The notes under the pieces: model-generated
What the model saw: only the letters and a program-made list of their open reading frames with translations
The model's database searches: none
What the model was told of the DNA's origin: nothing
Translations under genes and position numbers: made by a program
Part shown: one piece after another, positions 55,765 to 64,000 of the stretch
Position numbering within the stretch: position 1 is the first letter of the stretch
Layout: each line of letters begins with the position of its first letter
Assembly (NCBI RefSeq): GCF_006345805.1
Contig: NC_043011.1
Coordinates: 558,001-622,000, forward strand
Length of the DNA: 64,000 bases
Direction of reading: 5' to 3'
Origin: Octopus sinensis
Lineage: Eukaryota

Positions 55765-56392
55765 TTTATGTTTTAAAAAGTTTTTTTAAAAATTAGAAAG
55801 GGGAAAAAAAGAAAATTGCATTGTTTTTTGTAAAAGAATAATGATAAAAATGTACAAAAATTAAAAAATAAGTTCTCCGATACATTGTGAGTTCGTTGTG
55901 TATCTTGAGTTTTATGGTTGTTTACGAAAAAATTACCTTGAGGTGTTAAGATCCAAAGGGATTAAGAGCATGTGTTGTGTTGTTAAATTCAGCATGTTTG
56001 CAGGACAGGAAGTAGTAGTAATTGTGGTCCTGGTTCTTCAGTTCCTGTGTTGTGAGTAAGGGGAGACAACTCTTTTGAGTTCTTCAATAAAACCCAAATT
56101 ATAAAATTATCATTTTAGCTTCATTTGCGTTATCTTTTTTATATAATTGCTTGTTAACTTAACTTTCAGATTTTAACACTTTATTTATATTATTTTCTAA
56201 TTATATAAATCTGCATAGACAATTGCATTTCAAATTGTCATATCATTTATAATAAAAATGATAGTAATAACAACAATAGTAAAAATGATATTTAAAGAAT
56301 ATAAGTTTTAGCTTGAAGTGATAAATGCATGGTATCTTTATATATTTGTGTTAGTCCATCCATGAAGAGTGAGGTAGAGAAAGGAAGTTTGA

Positions 56393-58741
56393 TCAACGAG
56401 GAGTTTGCATATTAAGTTGTGTTTGGAATTTTTCAATAAAGAGATTCTCCTTGTTAATTCTCTCCTGTGTGGTGATCCCGTCTTTACATTGGTAGAAGGG
56501 GAATATATAGAATTTGGGGTTTAAGTCTTTAGCACATGAGTCTAAGTGGTCACTCAGTGGAATTTGTCGGTATTCCGGGAGATTTATTTGTTCTTTATGC
56601 ACCGTTACTCGTTTACGTAACGGGAGACTCGTTTGTCCAACATAATTATGTTGGCAACCAGCGCATGTGAGAAAGTAGATAAGGTTCTCGGAGGAACAGG
56701 AGAAGTTAGTCTTGATTTTAAACTTCGTACCTTGTTTGAAGGTAAATTCAGAGCCTTCAAGTAGAAAGGGGCAGGTACCACAGTTTGAGCGTGCACATTT
56801 TTTTACTGTTGGGGGTGGATGTGGTGTGTGAAGTTTGGCATTTGTCAAGAGTTTTTTTAAAGATTTGTGTTGCCTTTTGCATTTGAGGATTTTGTGTGTA
56901 TTTATAATGTTTTTCATTTTTGGGTCTGTTGACAGTAGACTGAGGTTTTGTATGATTGTGGTGTATGCTTCGATATTTTTGGGGTTGTGGGTGGAAATGT
57001 ATGGAAGTATTTTGAGGTTGTGTGTGGTGTTAGGTTGGGTGGTTTTCAGTGTAGTGTTGTCTAGTTCTTTGGTGCGTTTTATTCCATACTCTATAAGGGT
57101 GGAGGGATATTGACGTTGTAATAGTGTTTTTTTGAGGTCTTGAAGGCGTATTTCTCGTGTTTTTGGATCCGAGACAATGGTGCATACCCTTTTAGCTAAA
57201 TTGAAAGGGATATTTGTCTTGGTGTGTTTTGGGTGGCATGAACTAAAGAGGAGGTATTGTTGTGAGTCTGTAGGTTTGTGGTAGATGTCTGTTATGATTT
57301 CGTTCTTAGGTGTTTTTATAATTAGGAGATCAAGGAATGGGAGATGATGTTTGCTTAATTCCATAGTGAATTGGATGTTGGGATGTATGTTGTTTAGTAT
57401 GGTTTTGAATTCCAGGAGTTTTTCATAAGGTTCTTTCCATATGATGAAACAATCATCTAAATACCTTTTCCAGTTTTCCATTAGGTAGGTGTGGAAAACA
57501 TGTCCAAATTTCTGGCTTGATATTTCATAGAGTGACAGTTCGAAGTAACCCATTATGAGGTTCGCAAGGACTGGTGCAGCCTTGGTACCCATCGCAATAC
57601 CACATTTTTGACGGTAGTGTGTGTCGTCGAAGAGAAAAAAATTGTTTGTCAGAATGAACTTGAGAGATTCTGTAATAAAAGACTTGTTAATGCGGTCAGG
57701 GAATGTCTCTGGGTGTTTTTCTAGCCAGAAGTCAATTGCCTCTATACCATACTCATGTGGAATGTTGGTGTAGAGGTTGATGACATCAAAGGATACCAGG
57801 AGTGCCTCCTCGTTAACTGTTTTCGGGAGGTGTTTGAGCATGTCCAGATCATCCCTAATGAAACTTTTGATGTGGGTAAGGAAAGGTTTCAAAAGGATGT
57901 CTAGGAAGTTACTCAGGCGGTGTGTTTCACAGGAGGTACCAGCCACGATGGGCCTTAGTTTTAGGTCCTCCGGTGCTTTGATGTTGATGTGGATGTCAGT
58001 GGAGAGTTTGCAGGCTTCGGTGATGTATTTGTTTTTATGGATTTTAGGAAGGCCATAAAAAAGGCTGGGCTTGCATTTGAAAATGGTGATATAATCCCTT
58101 TCTTTTTCTGTGAGTCCCTGACCGTGTTGGCGTATGAGTGTGGTGAGGTTTCTGATTGTTTTTTGCTGTTTGTAGTTGTTAATAACCTCATAGAAAATGT
58201 TATTGTTAAGCATGGAAAACACTAGGTGTTTATAAAATTCCGTGTCCATAAGGACCACAGCACTCCCTTTGTCCGCTTCTTTGATGGTGAGGTTTTTATC
58301 CAGTTGTATGTCACGTAGGTTTTCCCATTCTTCCTTACTGAAATTGGATTTTACCTTGGTTTTGCTTGGGGTAAAGGGGAGACTCTGGATGTGTTTGCAG
58401 AAATCGTCCAGTGTTTTATTTCTCCCTTGTGGTGGTAGGAAGTTGCTTTTATTTCTGATCAATGAATCGTCCCCATTGTTGATATCTGTCAAAGCTTCTG
58501 TTAGGCGAAGTTTTCTGCAGAATTCAGAAACGTCATCCTTGACCTCCGGGGGGTTGGGTGTTCTTGGGGTGGGTGTGAATTTCAAACCTCTTGCTAGGAT
58601 GTTGATTTGGGTTGGTGTCAGTGTTTTGCTGGAGAGGTTTATAATTTTTGTTTTCTTATTTTGGGTCTGTGTTAGCGGTGGTGTTTGTATTTTTCCCCTC
58701 TGTCTAAAAAATGGTTGTTGAGGTAAGGAGTGTATTCTTTG
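56393..58741 (-). CDS. PLE ORF2: reverse transcriptase + Cys linker + GIY-YIG endonuclease (stop-to-stop, no initiating AUG)
   Basis: IINLSSKTLT..ILARGLKFTPTP, DKG, FYGLPKIHK, RPIV, SFDVINLYTNIP, GIAMG, RYLDD, LPFLD, CARSNCGTC, LIYFLTCAGC..YVGQT..R..H..H; uninterrupted. Confidence 0.96.
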   Translation of the reverse strand, partial: QRIHSLPQQPFFRQRGKIQTPPLTQTQNKKTKIINLSSKTLTPTQINILARGLKFTPTPRTPNPPEVKDDVSEFCRKLRLTEALTDINNGDDSLIRNKSNFLPPQGRNKTLDDFCKHIQSLPFTPSKTKVKSNFSKEEWENLRDIQLDKNLTIKEADKGSAVVLMDTEFYKHLVFSMLNNNIFYEVINNYKQQKTIRNLTTLIRQHGQGLTEKERDYITIFKCKPSLFYGLPKIHKNKYITEACKLSTDIHINIKAPEDLKLRPIVAGTSCETHRLSNFLDILLKPFLTHIKSFIRDDLDMLKHLPKTVNEEALLVSFDVINLYTNIPHEYGIEAIDFWLEKHPETFPDRINKSFITESLKFILTNNFFLFDDTHYRQKCGIAMGTKAAPVLANLIMGYFELSLYEISSQKFGHVFHTYLMENWKRYLDDCFIIWKEPYEKLLEFKTILNNIHPNIQFTMELSKHHLPFLDLLIIKTPKNEIITDIYHKPTDSQQYLLFSSCHPKHTKTNIPFNLAKRVCTIVSDPKTREIRLQDLKKTLLQRQYPSTLIEYGIKRTKELDNTTLKTTQPNTTHNLKILPYISTHNPKNIEAYTTIIQNLSLLSTDPKMKNIINTHKILKCKRQHKSLKKLLTNAKLHTPHPPPTVKKCARSNCGTCPFLLEGSEFTFKQGTKFKIKTNFSCSSENLIYFLTCAGCQHNYVGQTSLPLRKRVTVHKEQINLPEYRQIPLSDHLDSCAKDLNPKFYIFPFYQCKDGITTQERINKENLFIEKFQTQLNMQTPR

Positions 58742-60165
58742 TTAAAGTTCTGGTTGTATGTGTAGGAGTGTTTTTGGGTGGGGAGGTTGGAGGGGGGTAG
58801 GTAGTTGTCGTATTTGTGTTGGTATGGGATGCGATGGTGTAAGGATTTGTGAGAAATGCGATGGGTTTGTGGGTGTGTGTCTGGTAGATTGTATGGGGGG
58901 ATGTAGGGGGGTATGTAGTTGTGGTGATTGGGTTCGTATGGGATGTGAGGGTTTGGAGATCTGTAGGATATGTGGTAGGAATGTGGTTGTTGGATGGGTG
59001 GACTATAGGGGGTTCGTTGGGTGGGTATTATATGTATCGGTGTGGGTAGGATGCCTTGTTTGTTATTGGTGTGAGGGAGGGGAGCCTTGAGGGGAGGATA
59101 ATTTCTAGTGTATGGGAGGTTCTTGAAGGTTCTAATCGGTGGGGGAGGGGTGTTAGAGTGATTGGAAAACCAGGTTTTGTGGTGGGTCTTGTTTGAGATG
59201 TTTCGGGGGGGAAAAGGTTTTTTATATGGTTGGGGGAGGTTGTGTCCTGTTAGGAGGGGGTTTGGAGAGTATGTGTATTTGAGGTGCGGTTTGGAATGGT
59301 GTTTATGGGGTACAGTGGAAGTCTGTGTTGTGGGTACTTTTATGAATGGGTTTTTGGATTTATGGTTTAATATGAATTGTGTTTCATAGTTGAGGAAGAA
59401 ATCTTTGTTGTTTTCCCAGCGTTTAAGGGAGGTTCGTTCTTCCTTTTCACATTCATCTTTCCATAGTTTAATAACAAGTTCGAGGGGCTGTTCGTTGGTG
59501 TGTGAGGTTAGTTCTAGAAGTATCTCATCGTCTATTTTTGTGTATTTTTGTTCGTGGTTTTGTGCTCTGAGTTTTAGAAGTTCTACTTCGGTTTTCATTT
59601 TTTCCAATGTTAGTTTTTCTCTTAGGGAGCGTTGTTTTTCAGGTTCGTCTGGGATGTGTTTGATTTGGAATTTTCGGGGTAGTATGATAGGGGAGGAGTT
59701 TAACCATTTGTCGTAAATTTCAGCTTTGTTTTGGTTTTTGAGCATGTTCCAGAAGAGAAGTTTTCTGTTGTGTAGTTTCTTAGTCCAAGTAGTGATGATC
59801 TGGTTTTTAATGCGTTGTGCTGGGGTTGAAGTGTGTTCCTTCTGTGTGTTGAGTGGTGTCTGAGGTCTCTTTGGCGTTGAATTGGTAAGTAGAGTTTTCA
59901 GTGTAGTGTTGATTTCATTTAGGTTTACATCTATCTTATCCGAAAGTAGAGTTTTCAGTGTAGTGTTGATTTCGTTTAGGTTTACATCAATTTTATCCGA
60001 AAGTTGTTGATGATGGTTGTTTTTTGAGTTGTCCCGGGATTGATGGAAAAGTTCGTCAATTTTTTTGGAGAATGTAAGTAGATGTGTATTGAGTACTTTG
60101 AGTTCTTTTAGAATGGTCTTATTGGTGACTGTCTCTGTAAGAGTGCTCTTGTTTTTCGGAGGCAT
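58672..60165 (-). CDS. PLE ORF1: 497-aa protein, helical/coiled-coil-like N half and Pro/His/Tyr/Asn-rich C half
   Basis: ATG-initiated, uninterrupted; internal 19-aa duplication differs only at 3 synonymous sites; overlaps the ORF2 frame by 70 nt. Confidence 0.85.
   Translation of the reverse strand: MPPKNKSTLTETVTNKTILKELKVLNTHLLTFSKKIDELFHQSRDNSKNNHHQQLSDKIDVNLNEINTTLKTLLSDKIDVNLNEINTTLKTLLTNSTPKRPQTPLNTQKEHTSTPAQRIKNQIITTWTKKLHNRKLLFWNMLKNQNKAEIYDKWLNSSPIILPRKFQIKHIPDEPEKQRSLREKLTLEKMKTEVELLKLRAQNHEQKYTKIDDEILLELTSHTNEQPLELVIKLWKDECEKEERTSLKRWENNKDFFLNYETQFILNHKSKNPFIKVPTTQTSTVPHKHHSKPHLKYTYSPNPLLTGHNLPQPYKKPFPPRNISNKTHHKTWFSNHSNTPPPPIRTFKNLPYTRNYPPLKAPLPHTNNKQGILPTPIHIIPTQRTPYSPPIQQPHSYHISYRSPNPHIPYEPNHHNYIPPYIPPYNLPDTHPQTHRISHKSLHHRIPYQHKYDNYLPPSNLPTQKHSYTYNQNFNKEYTPYLNNHFLDRGEKYKHHR
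58705..58711 (-). promoter_or_regulatory. Candidate -1 ribosomal frameshift slippery heptamer U UUU UUA
   Basis: CAU UUU UUA GAC in the ORF1 frame, within the ORF1/ORF2 overlap; ORF2 is in the -1 frame. Confidence 0.65.
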
Positions 60166-60668
60166 TCTGAATCACACGTGTGGTAGAGGGTACAGTTCAA
60201 TAAATGGTGGGGTTGTGTTGACCGCACGTGGAGAAATGATAAGTAAGGAAAAATTTTTTTTAAAATGCAGAATGCTCAAATGAAAGAGAAGTTTGGCATT
60301 TGTCAAGAGTTTTTTTAAAGATTTGTGTTGCCTTTTGCATTTGAGGATTTTGTGTGTATTTATAATGTTTTTCATTTTTGGGTCTGTTGACAGTAGACTG
60401 AGGTTTTGTATGATTGTGGTGTATGCTTCGATATTTTTGGGGTTGTGGGTGGAAATGTATGGAAGTATTTTGAGGTTGTGTGTGGTGTTAGGTTGGGTGG
60501 TTTTCAGTGTAGTGTTGTCTAGTTCTTTGGCGCGTTTTATTCCATACTCTATAAGGGTGGAGGGATATTGACGTTGTAATAGTGTTTTTTTGAGGTCTTG
60601 AAGGCGTATTTCTCGTGTTTTTGGATCCGAGACAATGGTGCATACCCTTTTAGCTAAATTGAAAGGGT

Positions 60669-61479
60669 ATTTAGCTAAAAGGGTATGCACCATTGTCTCG
60701 GATCCAAAAACACGAGAAATACGCCTTCAAGACCTAAAAAAAAAACACTATTACAACGTCAATATCCCTCCACCCTTATAGAGTATGGAATAAAACGCGC
60801 CAAAGAACTAGACAACACTACACTGAAAACCACCCAACCTAACACCACACACAACCTCAAAATACTTCCATACATTTCCACCCACAACCCCAAAAATATC
60901 GAAGCATACACCACAATCATACAAAACCTCAGTCTACTGTCAACAGACCCAAAAATGAAAAACATTATAAATACACACAAAATCCTCAAATGCAAAAGGC
61001 AACACAAATCTTTAAAAAAACTCTTGACAAATGCCAAACTTCACACACCACATCCACCCCCAACAGTAAAAAAATGTGCACGCTCAAACTGTGGTATCTG
61101 CCCCTTTCTACTTGAAGGCTCTGAATTTACCTTCAAACAAGGTACGAAGTTTAAAATCAAGACTAACTTCTCCTGTTCCTCCGAGAACCTTATCTACGTT
61201 CTCACATGCGCTGGTTGCCAACATAATTATGTTGGACAAACGAGTCTCCCGTTACGTAAACGAGTAACGGTGCATAAAGAACAAATAAATCTCCCGGAAT
61301 ACCGACAAATTCCACTGAGTGACCACTTAGACTCATGTGCTAAAGACTTAAACTCCAAATTCTATATATTCCCCTTCTACCAATGTAAAGACGGGATCAC
61401 CACACAGGAGAGAATTAACAAGGAGAATCTCTTTATTGAAAAATTCCAAACACAACTTAATATGCAAACTCCTCGTTGA
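60669..61479 (+). pseudogene. Inverted truncated copy of the ORF2 3' end (thumb + GIY-YIG)
   Basis: Near-identical protein to the ORF2 C-terminus; frameshift in the A-run near 60736-60746. Confidence 0.9.
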
Positions 61480-62107
61480 TCAAACTTCCTTTCTCTACCT
61501 CACTCTTCATGGATGGACTAACACAAATATATAAAGATACCATGCATTTATCACTTCAAGCTAAAACTTATATTCTTTAAATATCATTTTTACTATTGTT
61601 GTTATTACTATCATTTTTATTATAAATGATATGACAATTTGAAATGCAATTGTCTATGCAGATTTATATAATTAGAAAATAATATAAATAAAGTGTTAAA
61701 ATCTGAAAGTTAAGTTAACAAGCAATTATATAAAAAAGATAACGCAAATGAAGCTAAAATGATAATTTTATAATTTGGGTTTTATTGAAGAACTCAAAAG
61801 AGTTGTCTCCCCTTACTCACAACACAGGAACTGAAGAACCAGGACCACAATTACTACTACTTCCTGTCCTGCAAACATGCTGAATTTAACAACACAACAC
61901 ATGCTCTTAATCCCTTTGGATCTTAACACCTCAAGGTAATTTTTTCGTAAACAACCATAAAACTCAAGATACACAACGAACTCACAATGTATCGGAGAAC
62001 TTATTTTTTAATTTTTGTACATTTTTATCATTATTCTTTTACAAAAAACAATGCAATTTTCTTTTTTTCCCCTTTCTAATTTTTAAAAAAACTTTTTAAA
62101 ACATAAA

Positions 62108-62148
62108 TATTCTTGACAAGTCATACAATGACGAAAACCGGTTGAATA
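62108..62148 (+). ncRNA. PLE pseudo-LTR hammerhead, inverted copy
   Basis: Identical to 55724-55764. Confidence 0.75.
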
Positions 62149-62450
62149 AATATATATTTATATATTTTATCAATTTCTCATTTTATTAAAATTTTCTTTC
62201 ATTTGAGCATTCTGCATTTTAAAAAAAATTTTCCTTACTTACTATATATATATATATATTCCTTATGAGTAGCTGAAGCCGTATTCGTTCGTAATAGCAC
62301 TCTGTATTTCATACTTAATTTATATATATCGTCGAAAGCGCGATAAGCTGTGATATTCGTCTATAAATAGCATCTGTTATAAGTGTACAATGTTAAAAAC
62401 TGAAATATATCAGTAGCGGATGAGAGGTGTCCACAGCGGTGATGTATTGC

Positions 62451-62488
62451 TAAAACGCGTTTCTGCCTATTTGAACTTCGTCAGTAAT
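62451..62488 (-). ncRNA. HHR-like motif, weak stems
   Basis: CUGACGA-14 nt-GAAA-CGCG-UU. Confidence 0.45.
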
Positions 62489-63457
62489 AACTAGCCATTA
62501 GAAGTGGCATGCTTAGAGAAACTCAATCACTACTGATATAAAAAAAAACAGTGATTGAATAATCATTGATGTCGCAATTAGCCGGGAAACTAAATTAAAA
62601 TATGTTAAGAGAGACAGAAGTTGTATTAGTTCAAAATACCAACCAATGTATCATACTTAACGTATGATACTTATATACATCGTTGAAAATTTGATAAACT
62701 GTAGTATTCGTCACGAAACAGTATATGTTATAGACAACTTATTACAACAAGTCATTTTTCAATCACTGTTTTTCTCTTTTAGTAGCATAGAGCAATACAA
62801 CTAAATATATCAGAAGATGAAAGTGAACATAAGAACACAATTTATAAATGTACTTAATACATGAAACGATAAGTAAATATAAAATTATTTATTTCCACAA
62901 AATGTCGGTCTACTGTGAATTGTACTGTAAAGTTGGTTCATAATCTTTGTTAATACATACCTCTAATTATATTTCACAAATTACTGTTGACTTTACGTTT
63001 TGTCTACTGGTCTGTTATCGTCCATTATTGATACCCCAATTTACTTAATGAACCTACGCATAGGTATATGTATCTCATATTCTACAGTACATTGGTTCAA
63101 TTATTCTCTTACATTGGTCCAATTATTCCGTAAAATTCTTAAAACACATACACACACACACACGCGCGCGTAAAAAGACATTTTCAGTGCGGTTTTCTAT
63201 GAAGGATCTGATTCTTAGTCTTTCGACCAGTTTAGAGCTGCCTCGCTTGATATCTAGTACTAAAGAGAGCAAAGAAGTTGAAATATCTGGGTATGCACTG
63301 AAATGACAGGTGTTTTTAACACTTTTTACCTAAAGCGAGAATTTTTTCACCATTGCAATCTGCAGGGAAAACGCCTCTTTGCTGGTCAAATATGCCCTAA
63401 ACATTCGCACTGATTTAAAGTTTGTTTATTTACGCCCTGCTTCAGTTGCCACTCATA

Positions 63458-64000
63458 CGAGGGGTTAGCCAAAAGTAACCGGGAACGTTCTCTGTGAGAC
63501 AAGCCCGTTGTAGTTCAGGCGATGTCCAGTTAGGTCATACTGCCATTGAGTGCTTCTTTACTTTGCAGTGCTTCTCCCCTGTTCGTCGATTTTTGCAATG
63601 GCTGAAACGAAAGAATAGTGTGCTTCCGTGAAATTCTGTTTTCTGCTGGGAAAAACGGCGGCCAAAACAATTGTCATGCTTCAAACAGCTTACAAAGCTG
63701 CTGCCATGAGCAAAACGAGTGGTTTTCACGCTCTTGGTTTCACTTGTCGCTTGAAGACCAATCTCATTTGGAGCGCCTTTTCGACCTTCCGAACGAATGA
63801 AAACATCATGAAAATTCATGAACTGATCTTGGAGAACCATCACCAAATAACAGACGAACTTGTTGATGTGACTGGTGTGTCCTGGAGCTTCTGCCAACGA
63901 ATTTTGAGCGAATGAAAATAGTTGCAGCAAAATTCATGCTTTGCTTGCTCATGGAAGATCAAAAGCAGTCACGACTGAATGCATGTCGTGAACTGAAAGA
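63458..64000 (+). mobile_element. Mariner element 5' part, decayed, running off the window
   Basis: TA|CGAGGGG TIR; VKFCFLLGKTAAKTIVMLQTAY HTH; RPSTFRTNENI..I.ELI; stops and frameshifts. Confidence 0.88.

Larger units (their letters stand above)
55587..62242 (-). mobile_element. Young Neptune-type Penelope-like element: full unit, upstream deleted tandem segment and inverted 5'-truncated copy, in (TA)n
   Basis: 55587-55677 repeated at 60197-60287; 60288-60668 duplicates ~56830-57210; 60669-62242 is an inverted copy of ~55630-57200 with few substitutions. Confidence 0.96.

Noticed and set aside
57777-60571. Plus-strand ORFs overlapping the PLE ORFs
   Set aside because: Antisense shadows of the real minus-strand ORFs

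Overview
Eukaryotic, AT-rich, microsatellite-dense, essentially non-genic DNA. The SINE and microsatellite content suggests an octopus/cephalopod genome (inference). Most six-frame ORFs are microsatellite artefacts. The window is a dense collection of mobile elements: tRNA-derived SINEs of 3 families, RTE, CR1-like and R4/Dong LINE fragments, mariner/Tc1 remnants, two MITEs and a non-autonomous Helitron. The dominant theme is Penelope-like elements (PLEs) and their derivatives. (1) A young Neptune-type PLE lies at 55587-62242. Its AUG-less RT/GIY-YIG ORF sits in the -1 frame of a 497-aa upstream ORF, and the overlap contains a U UUU UUA slippery heptamer, making it a candidate gag-pol-like programmed frameshift. 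(2) About 20 type I hammerhead ribozyme (HHR) motifs were read by eye, several fully canonical. They include a ~357-bp tandem/inverted retrozyme-like unit, a back-to-back HHR palindrome and a 2.4-kb fold-back with terminal HHRs, mostly inserted in (TA)n tracts. No database searches or folding programs were run; all calls are from motif reading.
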